The notes under the pieces: model-generated
The model's input: only the letters and a program-made list of their open reading frames with translations
The model's database searches: none
What the model was told of the DNA's origin: nothing
Translations under genes and position numbers: made by a program
In this document: positions 24,598 through 37,213 of the stretch, one piece after another
Layout of the letters: every line of letters starts with the position of its first letter
How positions within the stretch are numbered: position 1 is the stretch's first letter
Source of the DNA: Azolla caroliniana
Lineage: Eukaryota; Plantae; Polypodiophyta
Length of the DNA: 64,000 nucleotides
Direction: 5' to 3'
NCBI GenBank assembly: GCA_043228905.1
Contig: JBHGNT010000016.1
Coordinates: 10,540,001-10,604,000 of the forward strand

Positions 24598-25037
24598 TGT
24601 TGTCCGCCGGAATAGTAACCGACGGACAAAAGCGTAGGAATAAGAAATTATATAAGAGCATAATGCATGTAACGGTTCACACAGGAAGCGTGAACGGCTA
24701 AATAGACCCTGCATATATAAAGTTCAGAAAACCTCGGATGGAGGTGCGTGTAATTTTGGGAATGTAAAGAAACGCCTGATAATAGAATTCTATCTTCTCT
24801 GATTCTTTGTGTATAGCTACGGCTAATTCAGTGTGTCTATCTTGAATACTTAAGCGTTTGAGTACGTAAGTATAACCCCTGATAGGGATTCGGTTGTAGC
24901 CATCTCCCCTTATACACTGATAGGTTACAGGGGTTCTTCCCTTACACATTACGCTTAAACACCTGTTCGTTGTTCCACACCCACTTTGAGGTCTAGGTCG
25001 AAGGACTGACCGCGGACCGTGTTCCTAAACGGCAACA
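24598..25037 (+). repeat. E1 3' LTR
   Basis: Repeat of 15504-15943; followed by TSD AACCA. Confidence 0.96.
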
Positions 25038-25527
25038 AACCATAGGCGTAGTCGGTTACACCGACTCAGACTTCGCCGGTTGTGTGGACAATCGGAAATC
25101 ATGAACTGGATATTGTTTCAAATTCGGGTATGGAGCAATCTCATGGAAGTCAAAACTTCAGGAGTGCACAGCCACCTCAGTGACCAAAGCGGAATATGTA
25201 GTTGCGTCCGACGCGGCAAAAGAAGCTTTATGGCTCAGTCGGCTGGCGCACACGTTTCGATAGGTCGACTCCGACTCGGCTCCAGTTGTCTACAGCGATA
25301 GTCAGGGTGTTGTTACTTTGTCAAAGAATCTAGTTCACCACAACGCCTCCAAGCATATCGACGTTCGATATCACTTCGTTCGAGACTACGTCATTTCAGG
25401 GAAAATCGGTCTCGAGAATATATCCACAACCAATAATGTTGCAGATGGAATGACCAAGTGTCTTTTGGCGGATCGTTTCCAGTCCCTTCGGCACCAAATG
25501 GGTGTAACAAAAAACTGGTCTGGTTAA
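25038..25527 (+). pseudogene. D1 gag-pol, part 2 (RNase H)
   Basis: GYTDSDFAG, HNASKHIDVRYHFVRD. Confidence 0.9.
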
Positions 25528-25727
25528 AGTCGGACACACAGCACAAGACAATTTCAGACAACCGACATCGGTTCTCTGAGGATCGGCTTTAGCTCTTCCA
25601 ACCTGACCGATTCGGTCTTCTGTCTTCGGATCTTGCTGACTCTGACAAAACCGATCTGTCCAATAAACCTTGTATATATACCTGTAATTCTTTAAGATAA
25701 CCCATGTATACGCCCATTACGGGGGAG

Positions 25728-26020
25728 TGTTGAATACAAGTGTATAATGGCCGTATTCACACTATCCCTTTGGACAGCCCAAGTTTGGGCTATTTCTGTA
25801 AATTGCATAAAGGGCAATTGCCCTAGGACAGTCACTATATAAAGTGACTTTGTAACCTTTTGTGAAGGTTGGTTGTCATTTGTAACTATTGCTATTGGAA
25901 TATAACATTTCTGTTGTGCCTCTCTCTCTCCCTCTATGTCTATCTTGCTCATGCATACACAAGTTCTTCCTCATCACGAATGTTGCTTGCACTTCCGCAT
26001 TGACGGCCTTGTCCCCAACA
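25728..26020 (+). repeat. D1 3' LTR
   Basis: Preceded by PPT; repeat of 11062-11364. Confidence 0.95.
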
Positions 26021-28263
26021 CACGGTTCTATCGAGAGGAGTTGAGACGGACTTACAGGCTTCCATCTCGATCTTGAAGAGCATACTCAGCACATAATGCC
26101 GTTGGTTGATCAGTATGCCGTCAAGGGTTCGGATCACTTCGATCTCAAGAAAGTAATGAAGGTCCCCCAGGTCCTTCATATCAAATGATGCCGCAAGCTG
26201 GAGCTTTACGCGGTCAATTTCACCTAGGTTGATGCCGATGGTGACCAAGTCATCAACATAAAGTAAAATATTAACCGACCCAAGTCAACCTTGCTGGATG
26301 AACAATGAAGAGTCTGATTTGGACGTCGAAAATCCCATTTGACGCAATTGTTGCATGATCTTCGCGTTCCAGGCACACGGGGCTTGCTTTAGTCCGAAAA
26401 GGGACTTCTTCAACTGGCATACTGTCGAAGAGTTCGTTCCGGAGTGAAATCCGGGGGGTTGTACCATGTACACTTGTTCCTCAAGCTTGCCTTGCAAGAA
26501 CGCATTCTTTACATCCATCTGATGTAAGTGCCACCCCTTCGTCGTAGCTACCGCAAACAAAACACAGATGGTCGTCATCTTCACGACCGGCGCAAACGTC
26601 TCATCGTAATTGATGTCGTGTTGCTGCGCGTAGACTTTTGCTACTAACCGGGCCTTGTATCAGTTGACCGAGCCATCGGTGTTGCACTTGACCTTGTACA
26701 CCCACCTGCATCCAATCGGCTTTACATCCTTGGGGGCGTCAACGGGGTCCCAGGTTTCATTCTCCGCAAGTGCGTTCATCTCTTCCTCTATGGCGGCACG
26801 CCAATTTGTGTCCTTTGCCGCTTTTGTGTAGCTCTTCGGCTCACGCACTTCTGCTACATGTGTCATGTATGCATAGTGATGCGCCATGTACTCATTGTAT
26901 CCGAACCACACAACAGGGTTCTTCTGGTGGGTGGATCGTCATAACTTGTCATTACCCGGTTTGGGGCCCTTCTTGGCCGGTTCGGACTTCGTTTCCGAAG
27001 ATCCGCCTTCATCCTTTCTGGAGTTGGATTCACTACGATCCGACTCAACGTTGTTGGTGTCGTATTCCGGCATCTTTTTCTTCCCCTTCTCTTTGTGCGT
27101 GAACTGTCTCCTCGGTTCCTTGCGCGGGGAGAGCACGACAGAGTCTCCACTACTCGCCGGTTCTTCATCCGACTAGTCATCCCGACTCAGCCACTCATTT
27201 GGCCCACTTAGCTAGAATGAGATCAGACTCTCTTCTAGAGTGTCGTCTTCACGTTCATCAAGAGTCATCTCAGCCTCACTGACTCATCTTCAGAACTCAG
27301 ATTGGAGTTGAGGTCCGGAGTCGAGGCAAATACCAAGACGCAGACTCATCGAACACAACATCGCGACTTATGCAAGCTTGTTTGGTTCGGGGGTTATAAC
27401 ACTTATAACCCTTCTGTTCGTCTAAGTAGCTGACCAAGATACACTTCTCGGCATTCGTGTCCAGCTTCCCTTGCTTCTCCTTTGGCACATGGACATACGC
27501 GATGCTACCGAAAACCCTCATGTGTCGTAGATTCGGCTTCCTTCCGAAATACAGCTCATGTGCTGACACTTTTTCTCCAATACGATTTTGGATGTAGACC
27601 GCGCTTCGGACCGCTTCGGCCCAATAGAACTTGGGCATGCTCTTTTCTTCCAACATTGCCCGTACAGTTTCCACAACTGACTGATTCTTCCTTTCGGCTA
27701 CGCCGTTTTGCTCCGGCGTATACTTGCGACTGAATTCACGTTGAATTCCCATTTGTTGCGGATAACTGTTGAATTGGCCGGAAAAGTACTCTTTTCCGCC
27801 ATCCAACCGAAGGCACTTGATCTTCCTCCCTATTTCCCTTTTGACAAGATTTTTGAGGTTCCGAAAACAGTCGAAGACTTCACTCTTCTTTTCGATGAGG
27901 TAGATCCATTTGTGCCGGGTGTAGTCGTCGAAGAAGGAGACGAAATATCAACTCCCGCCATGACTCAAATTCTATGCCGATCCCCATACATCTAAATGTA
28001 TCAAGTCAAGCTAATTTCAGCTCTGATTATGCTGGTTGGGGAAAGGAAGTCAGTGTTGCTTCCCTAGCTGGCAGGCTTCACAAAATTGGGCCTTTCGACC
28101 ACTTAATTTCGGCAATCCAAACACAACTTGTTTCGAGTGCAGGTCCTGAAGCCTTTGTTAGTTAACGTGCCCTATCTGCTTATGCCACAAGTCAATATCC
28201 AACTTGACTTTTTGTCCTTTCGCGAACATGGTGGTGCCTACGTCATTAGTGTCGAGGATGAAC
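26021..28263 (-). pseudogene. C integrase-RT fragment
   Basis: [44 protein letters not shown]. Confidence 0.92.
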
Positions 28264-28457
28264 TGTCGAATACGAGTGTATAATGGCCGTATTCACACTG
28301 TCCCTTTGGAACTCCCAAGTTTGGGCTATTTCTGTAAATAGCATAAAGGGCAGTTGCCCTAGGATAGTCACTATATAAAGTGACTTTGTAACCTTTAGTG
28401 AAAGGTGGTTGTCATTTTGTAACTGTTGCTATTAAGAAATAAAACGTTTCTTTGTGC

Positions 28458-28511
<54 letters not shown>

Positions 28512-28591
28512 CTTGTTTTATTCTCATACACAAGTCCTTCAACATCACAGATGTTGTTTGTTCTTCTGCACTGACGACCTTGTCACCAACA
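28264..28591 (+). repeat. D2 5' LTR with a (TC)22 microsatellite
   Basis: Homologous to the D1 LTRs. Confidence 0.93.
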
Positions 28592-29111
28592 TTTGGTATT
28601 AGAGCGTTGGAGGTTCTTCAACCCGTTGTCGGCCGTCATAGTACGCCACAAAACACTCTGTTTCTGTTTTTTTTCTTGAAGAACAAAGAAGAGAGAAGAC
28701 AAACAAGAAGTTTGCATCTCACTGTGTTAAATCACTAATTGTAGTAAGCTAGCTGGCTATACTCTGTTCTTGTGACTGTAACCACTTGAGGTTGGTCTCT
28801 AGGCAACAACCAAATTCGTGCTTCATTCGGCTGATCGACATTCCGAAGGATCAGTTGGATTCGTCCCACTCATCGTTGCAGTCATCCGAAGCAGAATTGG
28901 CCTAAATGATTGGTTTCTTGTGATCGGTATTCGGTATACAATCGGAAGCTAACCGGAGTCAATTCAAGAAGGTTCAGCAAACAAGTATCCACAACCAAAC
29001 CGACTCGAGTTAGAGACTGACTAGAACGATATCGGGTGAGCCAACTGGTTGCACCCAACTAAGGTTCCTAGTCAACTCCAAACAGAGTCTTACCAACCGA
29101 AACCCAATCAG

Positions 29112-31492
29112 ATGGCATCAACATCCGGCTCATCGGAGATGAGTCTAAGGAGGTTCGACGGTTCGAACTTCAACTTCTAAAAGGAACAAATGCAGGACTA
29201 TCTCATAGTCAAGGGTCACATAGACCCGATTGAGAATGAAAATCCTCCATAAGCTTACAAGGCAAATGAGTGGCTAAAGCTGGACCAAATTGTCTGCGCC
29301 ATGATTCAGATGCACTTGTCCGAATCAGTGTACTTCACAGTCAATCATGCTCGATAGCTTTTGAACTTTGGAAAACATTGTCGGAAACTTATGAAAAGAA
29401 GGTCGCCACAACGAAGATGTATCTGATCCGACGCCTCTATAACTTGCGGATAAAAGAATCCGAATCAGTTCAGGCACACCTCAACCAGTACGAAAGCCTA
29501 AGCTCCCAAATATCATCTCAAGAGATGACAATAGAGGATGAACTCAGAGCAATGATACTCATGAGTAGTCTCCCCTCCTCTTGGGAAACTTTCGTCACAA
29601 CCGTGTGCAATGCTTCAACAACTGCCATTAAGTACTCCGAAATCACGAGCGCAATCCTGATTGAAGCAGCTCGGAGAAGGTTTTTCGCCAAAGACTCGGC
29701 AGATGAAGCTTACATAGTACAAGGTTCGATCGAGCGATCGAACAACCGAGGAAGAAGTTCTTCCCGACCGCCGAATAATCAGCAAAGCCAGAGCAAGTCT
29801 CGGGACAACCGAATCTACAACTACTACAAGAAACCGGGACACATCAAAGACGACTGTCGGACACTCAAAGCTAAAACCGACAAAGCTCAGAGAGCGGATC
29901 AGAAGAGTAGCCGACATGAGGAGGTCAACTACGTCGGCTCTTCAGCCGAAATATTGACGACTGGCCCGAACATACTGTCCATAGAGAGCCCAATCGAATA
30001 AGAAGTTCTACTTACGATTGAGGAATCGAGCACATGGCTTCTGGACTCGTGCGCATCGTATCATGTGACACCTCACCGATCTCAGTTTCGGCAATACTCA
30101 GACCGGCACTCCGACTCAGTTCAAGTCGGGAACTTGCAACACTGTGCCATAATCGGAATCAGCACCATAGAGTTGAACCGTCCGGGTGACTCTACACTCG
30201 TGCTACACAACGTCTGACACGTTCCTAAGCTTTCAATAGCCTTGATCTCAATCGGACCACTTGACAAAGCCGGCATCCGTGCCAGGTTTCATCAGGAGGG
30301 TGGACACTCCGCAAAGGGAACCTCCTGCTTGCTCGAGGACCAAAGGTACACTCTTTGTACCCTTTATATGTCACACTCAAAGAGGGTGACTTATTTCTGG
30401 GTGATATCCCCGTGTCATCGTTATGGCACGGATGACTTGGACACCTCAGCAAGGCCAGCATAACGCACCTACCCAAAGCCGGTTATATCCCCAAGCTCTC
30501 CTTCTCGGATCACCAATTCTGCGAGCATTGCCAGTACGACAAACAGGTAGCCGCATCACACCCGACATCAGCACCAAGAGAATCGAGTCCCCTCAATTTG
30601 GTCCACTCGGATGTCTGTGGCCCGATGCCACATCAGTCTCTTGGAGGTGCTTCGTACTTCGTCAGTTTTATGGACAACTCGACTCGGAAGGTGTGGGCTT
30701 ACCCCATTAGAACCAAAGATCGGGTGTTCTCGATCTTCTCTAAATGGCTTGCAATGGTCGAAAACCAGACCGGTCGGAAACTAAAATGTCTCCGCACCGA
30801 TAATGGAGGAGAATTCAAGTCTAACGAATTCGTCAATTTATGCCGGGAACGCGGCATCCGACATGAATATACGACACCCTATAGTTCGGAGCAGAACAGA
30901 ATTGTTGAACGTATGAATCGGACGATTCAAGTACGCATAGTATCCATGCTCCAACACTCCGGATTTTCGGATAGCTTCTGGGCGGAGGCCTATGGCAGTA
31001 CACACAATAAATATGTTGCCAAGTAGACCTCTAGGACTTAAAATACCTTAGGAAACATGGACCGACGGTAGTAAGCCAAATTATGACAAGCTGAGGATCT
31101 TCGGTTGCAAGGTGTATGGCCTCATACCGAAAGACGACCACCGGAAACTCAAACCAAGGTCAAGAAAATGCGTTTTCCTTGGATATAGACCCGATGGCAA
31201 GATTGGATACCGACTCTAGGACCCAAGCATAGACAAATCGTCCGAAGTTCGGACATCGTGTTCAACGAGTTAGCTATGCATAAAACGGTTGAAAGGCCTA
31301 TTGAAGTCCGAAGGGTAATATTTTCCGAAGTGCCAACCCTTCATGAAGGCCCGGCCCACAACACGAGATCGGTTTCACAGGTAACTGACACCTCTCATCC
31401 TGAATCCACCGATTCAACACAGTCGAATGGCTCGGTTTCCGACCATCCGACACCAATACCCGGTGCGACCACTCCCATCATACCTCGAAGAT
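29112..31492 (+). pseudogene. D2 gag-PR-integrase
   Basis: Collinear with D1 12040-14360; VHSDVCGP, LRTDNGGEF. Confidence 0.92.
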
Positions 31493-32940
31493 TGTTGTCC
31501 GCCGGAATAGTAACCGACGAACAAGTGCGTAGTAATATGGAATAGAATAACATTGTAACGCATGTAACAGTTCATGCGGGAAGCGTGAACGGCTAAAAGA
31601 CCCTGCGTATATAAAGGGCAGAAAACCTCTGATAGAGGTAGCATGTAATTTTAAATGTAAAAGGCGTATCATAATAGAGTTCTATCTTCTCTTATATCTG
31701 TGGGTAGCTGTGGTTAATCTACTGTGTGTCTGTAATCCTTAAGAGCGTAGGCATGAGTAACGGTGTGTGCGCTAGCCCACTGTCTAAGGAGCTCGGTTGT
31801 AGCCGTCTCCCCTTATACGTTGTTAGGTTACGGAAAGTATCCCACTAAGTATTACGCACAGACGCTACCATTCATTGTCATACAGTCACTTGGAGGTCTA
31901 GGTCGGAGGACTGACCATAGACCGTGTTCCTAATCGATAACACTTTTGGCACGCTTGGTGATTTGTGTCTTCTCACAGACGAACAACGACGAATGGATGT
32001 TTAGCCGTAGACGCCCCAGAGAACCAACACGATAAGACCGGCCAATCACAAGGTCCATCACACGCCAAGCACAGGAACGCACATGGCAAAAGCCTCGCCG
32101 CAACGACCTCAGTACTACTTGTCGGGACCACAAAGGCGATTTCTCACTCTCCAAATACCTTGGCAATATGCGGGAAGTGCGCTCACCACAACAGAACTAT
32201 GGTCTGTCCCTGCCCGCCGTAGCACCCAGCATGGCCTTTGCCTATCCCTGCTTTAACGGTGAAACCGACGCCGCAACCCACATTCGCTTGTTCCTCAATG
32301 TTTGGAATGCAAACCACATGGCGCAAAGCCTTTCCAAGGCAATAGCGCACCAATCTAAAATGACGGAGTTCAGATTAACCTTGGATGGGAGAGCGACGTT
32401 TTGGCATTCGCAAATGGATTTGCCAGCAATCACGACCTTCAACCATCTGTGTTGTCCGCCGGAATAGTAACCGACGGACAAAAGCGTAGGAATAAGAAAC
32501 TATATAAGAGCATAACGCATGTAACAGTACATGCAAGAAGCGTGAACGGCTAATTAGACCCTGCATATATAAAGGGCAGAAAACCTCTTATGGAGGTGCG
32601 TGTAATTTTGGGAATGTAAAGAAATGCCTGATAATAGAATTCTATCTTCTCTGATTTTCTATGTATAGCTACGGCTAATTCAGTGTCGGTGTCTCGGATA
32701 CTTAAGCATGGTAGTACGTAAGTGTAACCTTTGATAGGGATTCGGTTGTAGCCGTCTACCCTACGCGGAGAGGTTACAGGGGTTCTCCCCTTACACATTA
32801 CGCTTAAACCCTTGTTTGTTGTTCCACACCCACCTTGAGGTCTAGGTCGAAGGACTGACCACGGACCGTGTTCCTAAAATGCAACACTTTTGGCACGCTT
32901 GGTGATCTGTGTTTCCTCACAGACGAGCAACAACAAATGG

Positions 32941-35900
32941 ATGTTTAGCCGCAAACGACCGAGAGAACCAACACGACCAAACCGGCATATAACAAGGTCT
33001 GTCACACACCAAACAGAAGAATGCGCACGGCAAAAGCCGCGCATCAGCGACCCTAGTACTACCTGTCGTGAGTGTAAAGTGGATTCATCGCCCCCCAAAT
33101 ACCTCAACGTGACGCGGGGACCACGCTCACCACAGCCACCTTATGACCTTTCCCGATCCGCCGTAGCTCCCACTATGGCCTTTGCCTACCCCCGCTTTAA
33201 CGGTGACACCGATGCCGCAACTCATATTCACATGTTCCTCAATGTCTGGAATGTGAACCACATGGCGCAGAATCTCTTTGAGACTGTGGCACACCAGTCG
33301 AAAATGACGGAGTTCGGATTAACATTAGATGGGCGTGCGGCGTTTTGGCATTCACACATGGACTTACCAGCCATAACAACCTTCGATCAACTGCAGTCCG
33401 CTTTCTTGCGATTCTTCCATCGGAGGGTTTAGGGTTTCCACGTTTCCGCCAGACCATAGAAGCATAGTTGGTGGGCATACCCGGGGCGAGCGTTGCCACA
33501 AACCTGACAGACTTCAGCGATGGACCACCGGTGGTGGATCACCACAACCCGGCTATTACAGTAATATTGCACGGACGAGAAGTTCTTGGATGCGTAATCG
33601 GCTGCGGCTCAGGCATCAATGTAATTAGCGCGAAAACTTGCGAACAGTTAGCCATTTCCGAATGGGAGGTGTGTCCATTCTAGCTCCGCATGGCAGATAC
33701 CCGCTCAGTGCGATCGTTGAGGTTAATTCGCAAAATAGGCATCGTTGTGGGAGGACACCGCTTCAACATATTGGCGGTCGTCCTTGCTTTGGACGCCCTA
33801 GGAGCGTACCCAGTGCTTCTGGGCAGACCATGGCTTCGGACAGCAAATATCAAGCAGAGCTGGCAACGCGAGTGTATCAGTTTCCAGCATGGACGCACCA
33901 AGGTTCGCGTACCTACGGAAAGCAACACGCCACAACCTAAGGGTATAACACCGTTATACGCGGAGGACATAAATATGTTGGCTAGGGTGGAGGATGCCGA
34001 ATTGGAGGCGTACCTCGACGAACATCCTTGGATTTTTCCATTGTTCGAAATAGATGTCATCGCAACTGCGGCAGAAAATACTACGGCCACTGTTCTGCAC
34101 AATGAGCCCTACGAACCAAACCTAGAATCCATATTGGAACTCAGCAGAGCACGGGCGGCATTCGAAAGGGAAATGGAGATTTCACGACGAGTCACCGCTT
34201 ACACTCTCGAAGAAGTAAATGTGGGTATGTAATCGGAGTCCTAGTTCCTCACCATCGCAAAGGAATTAAGGTCGGACCAGAGAATCACAATGATCGCACT
34301 ACTCACGGAATATAAAGATGTGTTCGCTTGGGCTCACGAGGACATGAAGGGTTAGATCCCAAGTTCTATTAGCATAAGATCAATTTAGCAACTGACGCGA
34401 AACCTGTCCAGCAGCACCGCTACCTCATGAACCCCAATTACGCGACCCGCGTGAAATAAGAAATTGACAAGCTCCTGAGGGCAGGGTTCATACGGCCAGT
34501 TAAACAAGCGACATGGCTAAGCCCGATAGTGGTCGTCCCAAAGAAAAACGGAAAAATATGGGTATGAGTAGATCACCGAAAATTAAACGTCGTAACCATT
34601 ACGGACGCATTTGCCTTACCCTTCACCGATAGCGTGATGGACGCCGTCATAGGCCATGACATGTACAGTTTCTTAGATGGCTTCAGTGGCTATAACCAAG
34701 TACGCATGCACCCCCAGGACCAGGAGAAGACGACATTTTTCACGGACTGGGGAGTATATGTGGCGGTCGTCATGATGTTCGGGCTAAAGACAGCGCCGAC
34801 AACATTTCAACGAACGATTACGGAGATCTTTGGGGAATACATTTCGGCGTTCATGCAAGTCTTTCTAGACGATTTTGTGGTATATGGGCAAACAAAAGAC
34901 CCTTTTACACACTTACGTCTGTGCCTGGAATGTTGCCGCACCGCACGCTTAAGCCTGAATCCCGCGAAATGTGCCTTCTGTGTGACTAGCGGGACTCTCC
35001 TAGGCCACATAGTTAGCAAAGAGGGAATAGTGGTCGACCCAAACAAGATCTCCACGATTACGCAAGCTAAAACTCCGGCAAACACCAAATCTCTTAGCCG
35101 ATTTTTGGGACAAATACGGTGGCATAGTCGGATGATACGGTATTTGGCGGACTTCGCCACGCGACTACATGCTACCGTGCATCGGACTCCATTCCAATGG
35201 ACTGCAACAGAGGATCAGGCCTATGAGGCACTTAAGATAATGCTCACACAGGCTCCCGTCGTACAACCTCCAGTTTGGGCGAAGCCATTCCACGTGTTCG
35301 TCGACGCCTCGGACATAGCAATAGGAAGCGCGCTAATGCAGCTCACCGAACCAAACTGGTACAGGCCAGTATACTATGCAAGTCGTAAATTGTCAGCAGC
35401 AGAGCGTAACTATTCCACAATAGAGCGAGAGGTGCTAGGGATGATATATAGCATCAATAAATTCCGACACTATTTATTTGGACGGAAATTCGCGTTCCAC
35501 GTGGATCATTCGGCATTATTGTATTTGGTGGAGAAACAAGCCCTGACAGGGAAATTGGCGCGGTGGATGCTACTCCACCAAGAATTCGAGTTCGTAATTC
35601 AGCACCGACTAGGGACACAACACGTAGTGACAGATTTTTTGAACAGACTTAAGAATAGAGAAACAATACAGAAAAACGATGACGATTTTCCGGATGCCGA
35701 CATCTGGCGAGTAGTGACACTTGAAGAAAAAACGGAATCCACCTTTCCGAATCGATGGCTTATGGAAATGACGTACTTTTTAACTACAGGACTGCCTCCA
35801 CCACAATTACGCACGGACAAGAAGAAATGACTAGCCGTCCGAAGCCGTCACTTCTGCCTCGTTGAAGGAATTTTATATTACAAAGGAAGTGACGGCATTT

Positions 35901-37066
35901 GGCGACGTGGAGTCCGCCAGGATGAGAAGGAAGCAGTTTTATGGGAGGCACACTACGGCACGGCCGACGGCCATTACGTGGGCGACGTGACAGCCCGCAA
36001 AGTATGGCAGGCGGGCTTATTGTGGCCAACAACGCAGAAGGATGCATCCGAGTATTGTAGAAAGTGTGATTTGTGTCAGCGGATGGATCAGCCCGCGGAG
36101 GACGCAAGGATGCCACACCAACCCGTATTACTGCTAGACCCCTTCCAAAAGTGGCGATTGGATTTTGTAGGGCCTTTCACACCAACAACGGCCCGTACGG
36201 GCAATAAATACATATTGGTAGCCACGGATTACTGCACCAAATGGGTAGAAGCAAAGGCACTACGTGAAAATACGGCGGCCGTCACAGCCAAATTTCTTTA
36301 CGAGCACATAAGGTGCCGGTTCGGCTGTCCGATTGAGTTCATCAGTGACCAAGGGAGCCATTTCCTCAATACGGTGGTTCGAGAACTAACACAACATTAC
36401 ACAGTAGTCCACAAGAAGAGCATGCCATATTACCCGCAGGCGAATGGATTAGCAGAATCCACGAACAAAACATTACAGACAATTTTGAAGAAAACCATCA
36501 ATGAAAATAGAACGGACTGGGATACCAAACTCCAGAGTGCGTTATGGGCGTACAGAACTAGTTACAAAACAAGCATACAGTCAACACCCTCCCGGCTAGC
36601 GTTTGGACTAGAGGTTGTGATGCTGTTCGAATTTCGGGTACCTAGTTTGCACATTCAGGTACGGAACCGATTATCAGAAGCCAAGTCGGAGGAGGAACGG
36701 CTCTACCAACTCCTCGAACTAGGGGAAAAACGCGTCCACAGCATGGCTGTGTTGGAACAGGAACAGAGACGGCGTAAAGCATTTGTCGATCGACATCGGA
36801 GCGCAAGGGAAAAAGAGTTCCCCGTGGGCCGAGCGGTGCTAGTTTTTCAAACGCGCATGGGCCATATGTCGGGCAAGTTACAATTCCGCTGGACCGGCCC
36901 ATACTGGATAATTGGAGCGAAACAGGGCACGTTCCAACTAGGAACGCTGGCTTGAGAAATAGTACGCCAAAAAGTGAATCGGTTTCGGCTCAAACCTTAC
37001 CTGGGCCGTACGCCACCTAACCCATTCACCGCCGAACGGGACAAAGCCGGAGAACCCGCAGCGTAA
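32941..37066 (+). pseudogene. E3 gag-pol
   Basis: ORFs 32890-33432, 33690-34232, 34634-35830 (RT/RH) and 35978-36955 (integrase). Confidence 0.93.
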
Positions 37067-37213
37067 AATGGACAGTCCCATTTGTACTATAATGTAAAAA
37101 TAGGTTGTAAATAACCGTTACAAAAAAAGAAAAGAAAAGACAGAGAAGATAGCGACTATTAAAACGACTAAAGGCATGCACAAACTCCTAGTTCAAGAAC
37201 ACGCGGCACCACA

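Larger units (their letters stand above)
15504..25037 (+). mobile_element. Ty3/Gypsy E1, structurally complete (non-chromovirus type, with 3' accessory ORF)
   Basis: LTRs 15504-15943 and 24598-25037 (TGTTGTCC..GGCAACA); perfect TSD AACCA; PBS at 15948; gag-PR-RT-RH-INT order. Confidence 0.96.
11062..26020 (+). mobile_element. Ty1/Copia D1, full length, interrupted by E1
   Basis: LTRs 11062-11364 and 25728-26020 (TG..CA); PBS TGGTATCAGAGC 11367-11378; PPT ACGGGGGAG; TSD CACGT/CACGG. Confidence 0.95.

Noticed and set aside
28461-28505. (TC)22 tract as a functional feature
   Set aside because: Only ~(TC)6 in the paired 3' LTR; ordinary microsatellite slippage.
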